From positions 315,824 to 379,823 of the forward strand of contig JANLHL010000038.1 of the NCBI GenBank assembly GCA_024654535.1: 64,000 nucleotides of DNA, in the 5' to 3' direction. Both the position numbers and the translations under genes were made by a program. The stretch is from Candidatus Roizmanbacteria bacterium. Lineage in GTDB: Bacteria > Patescibacteriota > Microgenomatia > UBA1406. Positions 51,037 through 60,070 of this stretch are shown here, one piece after another; within the stretch, counting starts at the first letter, position 1, and every line of letters begins with the position of its first letter. The notes below the pieces were generated by a model that was not told the origin of the DNA, did no database searches, and worked only from the letters and a program-made list of their open reading frames with translations.

Positions 51037-52412
51037 AAAGCTTCATAAAGCAATTTCGTTTTTCTTACTGGTTATTTAAATCATTTCTTTCCAAACACGT
51101 TCGAGTCATAATCGGCGTATTTGTTGGAGTATTTCTTTTCATATTTCTTACTTCCAGTTTTGGTGATTTTTTTTCTGCTTTTTTCTCATTTAACAAGCAT
51201 AGAGTTGGCGTACTTTCATATGCGAATCAGGGAAATTTACCTATCGAGGTTTTAAATAGAATATCGCTACCTTTAGTTGGGTATGATAAAAAAGGGAATT
51301 TGACATACCAACTCGCAACAAATATTACCCCAACTCAAAAAGGGAATGGGCAAGAGTATTCGGTTACCTTAAAGCATGGGTATTTATGGCAGGATGGTTC
51401 AATATTTAACGCACAAACAATAGACTTGAAATCTGTTGAATTTCCAAGAGTAATGACAAAAGTCAAAAGCTCGGATACTATAACGTTCACGCTTGAGAAA
51501 CCATTGGTCAGTTTTCCTTCGTTATTGACTACACCTTTAGTAAAACAAAACTTTGTTGGCGCAGGCGGGCAGTATAAAATAGCATCAATCCGTTATAAAT
51601 ATGGCGAACTACAACGGGTTGTTATTACACCGCTAGTCAAAAATATGCCTGTTTTGGAATACAAGTTATACAATACTCAGGAAGATATGGTACTGGGTTA
51701 CAAGTTAGGTGAAATTGACGAATTTTCTACCTACGATCCGGCAATTCCTCCTATTTTTTCAAGTTGGAGAAATTCACATATCCAAAAGGTCCCCGATGTT
51801 AAAAAGGTCGTAACGCTTTTCATGAATACAAAAAAAGATCCTTTTGATAACAGGGTTATTCGCCAGGCAGTCGCTCAGGGAATACGCTACAATAAATTTG
51901 ATGTTTATGGGCCAAGGGCATATACATCTATTTTGCCATTTTCTTGGGCATATAACCCAAATGTGAAGGTATACAATACAGACCTTACTATTGCGAAGGG
52001 CCTCGTTGACAAAAATAATTCAAAAGGGAAAGTGTTAACCCTTTACACTTCCTATGAACTGAATCACGTAGCAGAACAAATCAAATCATCTTTGAATGAA
52101 ATTGGCTTACGTGTCACCATACGTTACGCCAACTATGTCCCTACATCAAAAGAAGAATACGATATGTTTTTAGTTATTTTAGAACCTAGCATAGATCCAG
52201 ATCAATATATATTTTGGCATCAGACGCAACAACAGACCAATTACAGTAAATTTACCAATCTGAAGGTTGATAAATTACTCGAAGACGGAAGAATTAAGAA
52301 AACACAGAAAGCGAGAAAAGAAATTTATTTCAAATTCCAAGATATTCTTGCCGAAGAAGTACCCGCACTGTTTTTATACTATCCAAATTTGTATATTATT
52401 TCCCGTAAATGA
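51033..52412 (+). CDS. ABC transporter substrate-binding protein (family 5)
   Basis: WQDG..F, ITFTL..P, NTKKDPFDN..RQA, VDKLLEDGR, EEVPALFLY. Confidence 0.85.
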   Translation: MKSFIKQFRFSYWLFKSFLSKHVRVIIGVFVGVFLFIFLTSSFGDFFSAFFSFNKHRVGVLSYANQGNLPIEVLNRISLPLVGYDKKGNLTYQLATNITPTQKGNGQEYSVTLKHGYLWQDGSIFNAQTIDLKSVEFPRVMTKVKSSDTITFTLEKPLVSFPSLLTTPLVKQNFVGAGGQYKIASIRYKYGELQRVVITPLVKNMPVLEYKLYNTQEDMVLGYKLGEIDEFSTYDPAIPPIFSSWRNSHIQKVPDVKKVVTLFMNTKKDPFDNRVIRQAVAQGIRYNKFDVYGPRAYTSILPFSWAYNPNVKVYNTDLTIAKGLVDKNNSKGKVLTLYTSYELNHVAEQIKSSLNEIGLRVTIRYANYVPTSKEEYDMFLVILEPSIDPDQYIFWHQTQQQTNYSKFTNLKVDKLLEDGRIKKTQKARKEIYFKFQDILAEEVPALFLYYPNLYIISRK

Positions 52413-53119
52413 AAATAGCTTCACTGTATGTGGTGGGGATGCCCATTGGTAATAGTGCAGATATAAGTGTGAGAGCTCTCTCAATTTTGCAATCAGTGAA
52501 GTATATTTATACAGAAGATACGCGTTCTTTTCATAATTTTTTGACGGTTCTTGAACGGGATAATAAAACTATTCATTTTACTAATAAAGACATCAAATCG
52601 TGTTTTGGGGAAAATCAATATATGCGTGCGAAAGAAATATGCGAGCTTGTCTTGGGTGGAGAGAATGTGTGTTTACTCTCAGAAGCAGGTATGCCACTCG
52701 TATCAGATCCAGGAGCATACGTCGTTGAATACTGTCGAAGAAAGGGAGTGAGTATACAGGTAATCCCAGGGCCAAGCGCACTTACGACTGTTATGGCTCT
52801 TTCTGGCTTTGAACCAAAATCAACTATATTTTTAGGATATGTGCCAAAAAAAAAGAGTGTATTCGCCGAAATAGCCAAGGTGCCTATACCTGCATTGTCG
52901 TATCCACTCTGCGTAGTGTTTTTTGAGAGTTCACACCGGATAATAAAGACTCTTGTAGAACTTACAAAACTTGATGCACGTATTTGTATTGCCCGTAACA
53001 TGACAAAGCAGGATGAGCAGGTGTGGGTTGGTGTGGCGAGTGAGATAGATGTTTCCCTATTTCCCGAAAAAGGTGAATATACGTGCGCTTTACTGGTACA
53101 GAAGAGTAATGCTATATAA
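52409..53119 (+). CDS. rsmI: 16S rRNA C1402 2'-O-methyltransferase
   Basis: LYVVGMPIGN..D, EDTR, SEAGMPLVSDPG, IPGPSA, FESSHR. Confidence 0.92.
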   Translation: MKIASLYVVGMPIGNSADISVRALSILQSVKYIYTEDTRSFHNFLTVLERDNKTIHFTNKDIKSCFGENQYMRAKEICELVLGGENVCLLSEAGMPLVSDPGAYVVEYCRRKGVSIQVIPGPSALTTVMALSGFEPKSTIFLGYVPKKKSVFAEIAKVPIPALSYPLCVVFFESSHRIIKTLVELTKLDARICIARNMTKQDEQVWVGVASEIDVSLFPEKGEYTCALLVQKSNAI

Positions 53120-53142
53120 GAATATCCAACCTGCTTGCCAAC

Positions 53143-53220
53143 TTTGATATTTGTCTTTGGGCATTTATTGGATATTTGAACTTGGATATTGAATATTCTT
53201 TGGGTATTTGATATTGGGGT
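53143..53220. repeat. Degenerate heptamer array (TT[T/G]GRTA-like)
   Basis: Ten 7-mers in groups of 3, 4 and 3, separated by 4-nt spacers. Confidence 0.8.
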
Positions 53221-53241
53221 TTCTTCTGTTATACTTTTCTC

Positions 53242-53676
53242 ATGTTGCGTCAACAAATACAGGCAGATATAACGCGTTTTGCGAAAGAAAAGAAACAGCA
53301 AGAGGTAGAGGTACTGCGCAGTATTTTTTCTGCTATAAAAAATCAGGAAATTGAATTAAAACGAGAGTTGAATGATGAAGAGATAATCAAAATATTAAAA
53401 AAATATGCAAAAGATCTAAAAGAGGCGAATGAAATGTTTGAGGCAGGTGGTAGAGATGATTTGATAGAACAAAATAATCGAGAAATAGAGATAGTAAGTG
53501 TGTATATGCCAGCTGAGCTTTCAGATGAAGAAATAGAGAAAATGGTGCGAATGGTATTAGAAAAAACTCCGGATGAAAAAAATGTCGGTAGACTTATTGG
53601 GCTTAGTATGAAAGAGCTTTCAGGAAAAGCTGATGGCAGTAGGGTGGCTGGAATAGTACGAAAAATTGTTAACTGA
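53242..53676 (+). CDS. yqeY: GatB/YqeY domain protein
   Basis: LR.I.SAIKNQEI, GGRDDL, YMPAELS, GKADG. Confidence 0.93.
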   Translation: MLRQQIQADITRFAKEKKQQEVEVLRSIFSAIKNQEIELKRELNDEEIIKILKKYAKDLKEANEMFEAGGRDDLIEQNNREIEIVSVYMPAELSDEEIEKMVRMVLEKTPDEKNVGRLIGLSMKELSGKADGSRVAGIVRKIVN

Positions 53677-53735
53677 TATTTATATTCTTTCTCCTTCGCA
53701 AATAGACTCCGATTTGATACAATAAACTCTGTTTT

Positions 53736-53770
53736 AGCTAACAACCAACAGCAAATGGCTGATAGCTACT
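53736..53770. repeat. Degenerate heptamer array (AGCTRAY-like)
   Basis: AGCTAAC AACCAAC AGCAAAT GGCTGAT AGCTACT. Confidence 0.55.
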
Positions 53771-53773
53771 ATA

Positions 53774-53858
53774 GCCCAGGTGGTGAAATTGGTATACACG
53801 TACGCTTGAGGGGCGTATGCCGAAAGGTGTGGAGGTTCAAGTCCTCTCCTGGGCACCA
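53774..53858 (+). tRNA. tRNA-Leu (GAG)
   Basis: GCCCAGG/CCTGGGC acceptor, TACGC TTGAGGG GCGTA anticodon arm, long variable arm, CCA. Confidence 0.96.
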
Positions 53859-53869
53859 ACAAAAAAATT

Positions 53870-53943
53870 GACCGCTTAGCTCAGTTGGTTAGAGCATCGC
53901 GTTTACATCGCGGGGGTCGGGGGTTCGAATCCCTCAGCGGTCA
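53870..53943 (+). tRNA. tRNA-Val (TAC), no encoded CCA
   Basis: GACCGCT/AGCGGTC acceptor, TCGCG TTTACAT CGCGG anticodon arm, GTTCGAATC T-arm. Confidence 0.95.
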
Positions 53944-54957
53944 CTAGTTCAAATCTGAAGTAAGACTTATTTCCACTGGTGATTTTTTTAATAATCCAAA
54001 CCTGTATGGACCATATTCTGCTTCATGCTGAGCTGGAAACAAATTATTATCCATTTGATGTCTTCTTTCATCTATCAACTCTCGGATAACTATTTTTTTT
54101 TCTTCAAAAGTTAATCCTATTAATCTGCGTTCAGGATAAATGACACATGAATTTCCACCTGTTGGACCAATCCGTAACCTTGTACATCCGGCTCCAGGAC
54201 AAGGCCATCCATTTGAAAAAGGAGCAATGATGCCTATAGTCATATCCTGATATTCTCCTCCGAGAGTGTAGTATTCTGAATGTGCATTTTGTTTATCAAA
54301 TTGATCTCTTTTTAGATCATCAATTGGAGCAATTTCTCTTATAGCATTGAGAATATCTTCTTTAGGCACGTGATTTTGAGCGAAAAAATCAGGACTAGCC
54401 TCCATATACGGTCCTTGTGGAGTTAATTCACAAAATCGTACCATTACGCCTGTTTTTCTAGAAAATTCAACAAAATCTCTCATTTCGTCAAGGTTATCTT
54501 TCATAACAACCATATTAATTGAAACATGACTTCCGAATAAATTACGTGCTTTTTCAATTGAACCTAGGACTAGGTGAAGAGCGTCAACCCCGGTAATTAA
54601 TTTGAATTTGTCTTGGTTGAGAGTATCAAGGCTAATATTGACGCCAGTCAAACCTGCATTTGCTAAATTTTCTGCCATTTTATAAAAAAGTGCGCCATTT
54701 GTGGTCATTTCAATAGTTTCAACACCTTCATTTTTTATTCCAGCAACTAATTCAACAATATCTTTTCTCTTTGTTGGCTCACCTCCTGTTAAATGAACTA
54801 TCTTGATGCCTAACTGAAATCCTGCACGCACCGTTTCAATCACCTCACTTGTTGTCATCATGTTTGGGTTAGATTCTTTTTTAGGATTACAATAAATACA
54901 TGCAAAGTTGCAACCAGGGTCGGCTGTTATACGTAAAAATTTAAAAGGATTTTCCAT
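53944..54957 (-). CDS. MoaA-like radical SAM enzyme, divergent
   Basis: CNFACIYC, LTGGEP, MTTNG, NISLDTL, RFCE, C-terminal CPGAGCTRLR...C. Confidence 0.85.
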   Translation of the reverse strand: MENPFKFLRITADPGCNFACIYCNPKKESNPNMMTTSEVIETVRAGFQLGIKIVHLTGGEPTKRKDIVELVAGIKNEGVETIEMTTNGALFYKMAENLANAGLTGVNISLDTLNQDKFKLITGVDALHLVLGSIEKARNLFGSHVSINMVVMKDNLDEMRDFVEFSRKTGVMVRFCELTPQGPYMEASPDFFAQNHVPKEDILNAIREIAPIDDLKRDQFDKQNAHSEYYTLGGEYQDMTIGIIAPFSNGWPCPGAGCTRLRIGPTGGNSCVIYPERRLIGLTFEEKKIVIRELIDERRHQMDNNLFPAQHEAEYGPYRFGLLKKSPVEISLTSDLN

Positions 54958-55152
54958 AAATATTAGTTTGAATTATATGGTAACCTGTATTATACCATCG
55001 GCATATAAGAAGGCTCTATAAACCTTATGATGCTCTGATAATCTGTAAATATACTCAACAAATTCTTCCTAAAATTCGTTTTCAAGGAGTTCTAAGTTTG
55101 TCGCCGACGGTTTACATTCCGGCAAGTACAGCGTGAATTAACTATCTATGAT

Positions 55153-55698
55153 TTACTTGTTAAGTTTTTTTCTTATAGCCAGTTGAACAGCATTAGCGGT
55201 CATGGCATCATTAATTTTGCCAGAGTCTATCATGGCATAGATTTCATCAAAGTTAAAAAATCGGTGATCAGTTAGTTGTTCACCAACTTCTGTGCTAATT
55301 TTTTGTATTATTTCACTTTCAGTAATTACCATAAAAAGTGATACTTTTTCAGTATTGAAACTATGCAGTGGGTAAAATGATCCCAAACTAATTAGCGAAG
55401 TTGAGTTGATGATGACTCCGGCTTCTTCTTTTAGCTCTCGAATCGCCGCATCTGGGATCGATTCACCATCATCTACTCCACCGCCTTGTATTTCCCAACT
55501 GTAATTTTGAATCACATAACGGTGTTCCTTATGAAGCAATATCTTGTTGTTTACACTTACTACTACGATAGCAACTCCATTCTTTCTTTGCACATAGGCA
55601 TACGTGCTTTTTTCCCCATTTGGTAGTACTATCACGTCTTGAAAAAGTTTTAACCAGGCGTCGCTATAGATTTGCTTTTCGCTTATTTTCTTGATCAT
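55153..55698 (-). CDS. NUDIX hydrolase (ADP-ribose pyrophosphatase-like)
   Basis: WEIQGGGVDDGE...AAIRELKEEAG Nudix box, INDAMT. Confidence 0.92.
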   Translation of the reverse strand: MIKKISEKQIYSDAWLKLFQDVIVLPNGEKSTYAYVQRKNGVAIVVVSVNNKILLHKEHRYVIQNYSWEIQGGGVDDGESIPDAAIRELKEEAGVIINSTSLISLGSFYPLHSFNTEKVSLFMVITESEIIQKISTEVGEQLTDHRFFNFDEIYAMIDSGKINDAMTANAVQLAIRKKLNK

Positions 55699-55891
55699 AG
55701 GTAACTAATTTTAGCAAAATTGATGTTTCACTACCAAAATAAACTTCACGGTCTAAGTTGATTTTTGTTCGAAAGAAAACACAAATATCTCTAACCAAGA
55801 CGATATCACATATTTTTCTTTAAGTCTGATGTTCTATGTCTTAGAGGGATTTATTCCTAACGACGAACAAATATAACATTTGTTTTGTCTA

Positions 55892-56050
55892 TTACTTACC
55901 TTTACTTGCAAGCACAGTATTCACAATTGCTGTTCCTGCAATAATCAGTAGTCCTAGGTTTACTGCGCCAGTTGAAGATAGTATCACGAAGAATATCAAC
56001 ACACTCAGTAATAAAGTTACTAGATTTGAAAGTATTAGCCACATTTTCAT
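55892..56050 (-). CDS. 52-aa two-helix membrane microprotein, below the ORF-track cutoff
   Basis: MKMWLILSNLVTLLLSVLIFFVILSSTGAVNLGLLIIAGTAIVNTVLASKGK*. Confidence 0.5.
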   Translation of the reverse strand: MKMWLILSNLVTLLLSVLIFFVILSSTGAVNLGLLIIAGTAIVNTVLASKGK

Positions 56051-56168
56051 AATGAAATCATCTCCAATCTTCTCATTCGTTCATTATATATTCTTTGCTA
56101 TTTTATATAGCAGATTACTGCAAGAGCATCATGTTCTGAGACGTGTCGATTTGATAAGTAAATCGTCG

Positions 56169-56501
56169 CTACTTTTGTGGAAGCTGCGGTTGTTGGGGGT
56201 TGGGCGTGGCATGGGTAACAACACAGGTACCATCGCGTAGATATAATGTTTTGAAAAAAGTAACAGGGATATCTGCGATAGTGACGCTACTACTTGATTC
56301 AAGTATCTGTTCAGGGCAAGATCCGCCTTCTTCGAGTACATTACCTGTTCTATTCACCGTAGGTGATCCGTCTCTGCAAGCTTCGCCATTACAATAGTCT
56401 GCTGACCATCTACCGTAATTAGCACCACACGCAGCTATAGCAAGTGCTAAAAGTGTAGTACCAAGTAATACACCAATTCTTTGTTCAATACCATTCTCCA
56501 T
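56169..56501 (-). CDS. Small Cys-containing putative lipoprotein
   Basis: LLALAIAAC lipobox-like signal, four further Cys. Confidence 0.6.
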   Translation of the reverse strand: MENGIEQRIGVLLGTTLLALAIAACGANYGRWSADYCNGEACRDGSPTVNRTGNVLEEGGSCPEQILESSSSVTIADIPVTFFKTLYLRDGTCVVTHATPNPQQPQLPQK

Positions 56502-56560
56502 GCGCCTATAGTATAGCAAACATGCTGCTTAGCTCTAAATATTTTGTTACAATTTACTAC

Positions 56561-56857
56561 ATGCGAACAGTTACAAACGGGATTATTGCAGGTATTTTAC
56601 TGGGGATAGTAGACGTGCTTCTTATGATGCCGCTTTCATTTCCAGATAAAAAAGCCGCTCTTTTAGGTGCGTTCATAAACAGATTTGCGATTGGATTTGT
56701 TGTGGTAAATATGAATTTGCCAGTACCATTTTGGGTTAAAGGCATAGTCGTGGGTTTGTTCCTCAGTTTACCTGATGCAATTATTACTAAATCATATATT
56801 CCAATACTGGGCACGGGGATTGTAGGAGGCTTATTAGTAAGTTTTTTTACAAAGTAA
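56561..56857 (+). CDS. Small 4-TM membrane protein
   Basis: 98-aa hydrophobic ORF with an upstream TACAAT. Confidence 0.7.
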   Translation: MRTVTNGIIAGILLGIVDVLLMMPLSFPDKKAALLGAFINRFAIGFVVVNMNLPVPFWVKGIVVGLFLSLPDAIITKSYIPILGTGIVGGLLVSFFTK

Positions 56858-56924
56858 GATTATTCAAAATTGATTTATCCAAACCCTTAATAGATATCAT
56901 TTGTTTAAAATACAATCTAAATAT

Positions 56925-57776
56925 ATGATTTCAGAAAACAATACAATAGTTTTGAAAAGCGGTAGAAAGCTTGGATATGCGCTCTACGGTAGTAAAAAAG
57001 GTACACCACTGTTTTATTTCCACGGATGGCCAAGTTCCCGTTTTGATGGCACGCGTGTAGACAAAGTTGCGAAAAAGTTGAACATACTGGTAATCGCTCC
57101 CGACCGTCCTGGGATTGGCATTTCAGATTATAAGAAAGATAGAACATTGCTTGGTTTTCCGGATGATATTGTGGAATTGGCAGATTCTTTAGGTTTTCGA
57201 AAATTTTCTGCTATGGGTGTTTCTGGCGGTGGCCCATACGCAGCTGTATGTGCCTACACACTGCCAAAACGAGTCCAGAAAGCGGCAATAGTAGTTGGGC
57301 TTGCACCACCCTATATAAAAAACATTTGCGAAGGTATGGCATGGCCAAACAAAATGTCATGGGAAAACTATCACCGGTTTCCTATTTTGAGTACGCTTGC
57401 TGGATATTCTGTTTTTTTTCAAACAAAACTTGGTTTGGTTGACATATCTCAACTATTGTCTTTTGGAGCAGATAGACAGATGAGAAATGAAGACGCCTAT
57501 AAAGCACTACTCAATAAAGTAAGAAAAGCAGTACTGCAACAAGGTGTAAAAGGGATAATACAGGATTTAGAACTCTATGCAAATAGTTGGGGTTTCGATG
57601 TGAAGCGTATAAAAATACCAGTATATCTGTGGTATGGAGAAGATGATAAGAATGTATCGTTGGCTATGGGGAAGTATTACAAAAAGCGCATTCCCAAAAG
57701 TACGCTAACTGTGTATGAAGGCGGACATCTGGGTTGGGTGAAACACGCAGGAGAAATATTAAAACATCTGCGATAA
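56925..57776 (+). CDS. Alpha/beta hydrolase
   Basis: FHGWPSSR, PDRPGIG, GVSGGG nucleophile elbow, WYGEDD, GGH. Confidence 0.92.
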   Translation: MISENNTIVLKSGRKLGYALYGSKKGTPLFYFHGWPSSRFDGTRVDKVAKKLNILVIAPDRPGIGISDYKKDRTLLGFPDDIVELADSLGFRKFSAMGVSGGGPYAAVCAYTLPKRVQKAAIVVGLAPPYIKNICEGMAWPNKMSWENYHRFPILSTLAGYSVFFQTKLGLVDISQLLSFGADRQMRNEDAYKALLNKVRKAVLQQGVKGIIQDLELYANSWGFDVKRIKIPVYLWYGEDDKNVSLAMGKYYKKRIPKSTLTVYEGGHLGWVKHAGEILKHLR

Positions 57777-57789
57777 AGTAAAATAAATC

Positions 57790-58389
57790 ATGGATAGAAA
57801 TGCAAAACAAAAATGGTACAAGAAACTGATAGGTATTGTTTCTACAAAAGATTTACAAACTCGCTATTTGGAACTTGTTCAACTTCACGCGACAACTACT
57901 CATGCATACATATCTGCGTTAGAGAAAATAACGAAAGACAAAGCGAAGGAAGCTAGTAGCGATGGACGATCTGTAGCGCTTGTTGTTGCCCATATTATGG
58001 CGTGGGAAGAATGGCAGATTCAAATATTTACGGATCAGAATAAAGAAAAAAGGCTACAAAAACAGATGATACTTCAAGGATATTATGATACCGACACTCA
58101 AAAAATTGTTGACTTTAAGACCGTTGATGCATTCAATGCGTACTCTGCTAAAAGATATTCGCAACATTCATGGCAAGAAATCAAACAAAAAGCAGTACAT
58201 ACAGCATTGAAACTGCAATCATTATTTCCTATTACAGTATCAAAAGAATGGATTGATTTTTTGCAAAATTCTCCTAAACACAATTGGAAAATATTGCCAA
58301 AGATTACACTGACAATTCCATCGGGTTGGTATCTTTGGATGGTGTCACTCGAGCATGAAGCGGTTGAACACGCTGCTGATTTATACTAA
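57790..58389 (+). CDS. DinB/DfsB-like four-helix-bundle protein
   Basis: VVAHIMAWEEW, VDAFNA, EHEAVEH. Confidence 0.6.
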   Translation: MDRNAKQKWYKKLIGIVSTKDLQTRYLELVQLHATTTHAYISALEKITKDKAKEASSDGRSVALVVAHIMAWEEWQIQIFTDQNKEKRLQKQMILQGYYDTDTQKIVDFKTVDAFNAYSAKRYSQHSWQEIKQKAVHTALKLQSLFPITVSKEWIDFLQNSPKHNWKILPKITLTIPSGWYLWMVSLEHEAVEHAADLY

Positions 58390-59015
58390 CTTTTCTCTTC
58401 TTTGTTTACGTTCCACAACCGCAATCCTCCATATCCTACAAGTAAGCATCCTACTATTCCGTTCAGTGTCTGTATTAGTAAAACTGGAATAGTACCTTTG
58501 ATGGTAGAAAATAGAATAACAGACGTTCCCATAAACAAAAATGTCGCAAAACCTGTGCCCAAGCCAAACAACAAGAGTTGTTTTCTTTTGTAATCATATT
58601 CTATAGCTTTGGCAGTAAACAGACTGGTAAAAAATACTATCGTCATAGGGCTAGATAACGTAATTAAAAACACTGATAAAAAACTGCCTTTGATAGTACT
58701 TGTAGTATCGATTAACGTCTTCGACATTCCTACTGTTTCGAGTACGCTTTTTAATATTAGAAATCCAAAGATGATTAATACGGTTGAGCTTACAATGCCA
58801 AAAATATTTTTCACTTTCTTTTTTTTAAGTACTTTGCCAATCCCTAAAATAGCAAGCGAAATGTATAGGTAATCAACAAGCGTTACACCAAGTACGCCTG
58901 CAAAACCATCTAGTATTGTTTTTTGCAGTGATAAGTTAATGATGAAGAAGAAAACCGGACCGATAGCAAGCTGTAGAGTCAAACCAGTTAAAAGACCGTT
59001 TCTGAATTCTCTCAT
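58386..59015 (-). CDS. LysE family exporter
   Basis: LAIGP, G..GV..VD, TLSSPMTIVFF. Confidence 0.9.
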   Translation of the reverse strand: MREFRNGLLTGLTLQLAIGPVFFFIINLSLQKTILDGFAGVLGVTLVDYLYISLAILGIGKVLKKKKVKNIFGIVSSTVLIIFGFLILKSVLETVGMSKTLIDTTSTIKGSFLSVFLITLSSPMTIVFFTSLFTAKAIEYDYKRKQLLLFGLGTGFATFLFMGTSVILFSTIKGTIPVLLIQTLNGIVGCLLVGYGGLRLWNVNKEEKS

Positions 59016-59076
59016 AGTGAGATTATATCTAAAGTATGCATTCTTTCAAATATGTGTGCTATATAATGATAGATAT

Positions 59077-59685
59077 ATGAGATCATTCAACCTGAACATA
59101 GAAAAGGCACAATCGATCATCAAGAAGTTTTTGAAAACGAGCAATAGACCTATGTTCGTTGCTATAGATGGAAGAAGTGGGACAGGAAAATCTACTATAG
59201 CGAACGAGCTAGCAAAACGCTTAGGTGGTGTTGTAATCCTGTCAGATGATTTTTGGGTCGGAGGTACAGACTCAGAATGGTTAGCACGTAAACCGAAAGA
59301 AAGAGCATCTCTAGCTATAGATTGGATGCGGATAAAAAGCGACGTTCTTGAGCCGCTTCTCGCTGGTAAACGTGCATCTTGGCATCCGTTTGATTGGGAA
59401 AAGGGAAGTGGTTTATCTGAAAAATATATTCATGCAGATTCTAAACAATTGATTATTTTAGATGGGGCTTATTCGACGAGACCTGAATTGTTAGACTTAA
59501 TAGATCTAAGCATACTAGTTGAGCTAACAAATGATTTTATTAGGCGTGAAAGACTTGTTAAAAGAGAGAGTAGGGAATATATGACTAATTGGCATAACAT
59601 TTGGGATTCTGCGGAGGATTACTATTTTACTGAGATTAAGACAAGGGCAAGTTTTGATATAATTATTGCGAATGATTTGCAATAA
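59077..59685 (+). CDS. Uridine-kinase-like P-loop kinase
   Basis: VAIDGRSGTGKST, SDDF, PFDW, IILDGAYS, AEDYYF. Confidence 0.82.
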   Translation: MRSFNLNIEKAQSIIKKFLKTSNRPMFVAIDGRSGTGKSTIANELAKRLGGVVILSDDFWVGGTDSEWLARKPKERASLAIDWMRIKSDVLEPLLAGKRASWHPFDWEKGSGLSEKYIHADSKQLIILDGAYSTRPELLDLIDLSILVELTNDFIRRERLVKRESREYMTNWHNIWDSAEDYYFTEIKTRASFDIIIANDLQ

Positions 59686-59694
59686 GGTAGTTGC

Positions 59695-59943
59695 TCAAGT
59701 ACCAACCTGTTTACTTACATCGCCAAAATATGGGGGAAAAGCCGCATCAATTGCCGCCTTGGGTGAAAATACTCCATCTCGTGCACCTTTGATCAATTTG
59801 TTTCTCCAATAGGCTATAGTAGCAGGGTCTGTATTGTCTATTGCTGTTTGTATCTGAGCGGAAACATTTTGTAGGTCATCAACTCGTAAGTCTTTATGGT
59901 CATTAACCTGAAAGTCTCTGTTACCACCGTTATTTTCAGCCAT
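59695..59943 (-). CDS. Hypothetical protein
   Basis: 82-aa ORF from MAENNGG with TGC-TATAAT upstream. Confidence 0.55.
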   Translation of the reverse strand: MAENNGGNRDFQVNDHKDLRVDDLQNVSAQIQTAIDNTDPATIAYWRNKLIKGARDGVFSPKAAIDAAFPPYFGDVSKQVGT

Positions 59944-60070
59944 TTTTCGATTATAGCATGCATTTTTTGAAAACTGTAACGAGTTCGCGTGATACAACAT
60001 GGGTAAACATCGAAACCCTATGTATAGGGAATTGGATACATTCGTGCTCAGTATATGGAAAGTAATGTAC

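Noticed and set aside
53143..53220. Possible CRISPR array
   Set aside because: Units are 7 bp with no 23-47 bp repeats or unique spacers, and no cas genes are present. No CRISPR array was seen anywhere in the window.
52615..53744. Long antisense ORFs (52615-53301, 53343-53744) and similar shadow ORFs across the window
   Set aside because: They lie opposite well-supported genes and show no protein motifs.
53944..54957. Assigning the symbol moaA or calling it a viperin
   Set aside because: Key MoaA basic residues and the GG tail differ, and pathway partners are absent. It keeps an auxiliary Cys cluster motif, which viperins lack.
54975..55140. Possible pseudogene remnant on the minus strand (...TNLELLENEF*EEFVEYIYRLSEHHKVYRA...)
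   Set aside because: Protein-like but short, interrupted and not assignable to a family without a search.
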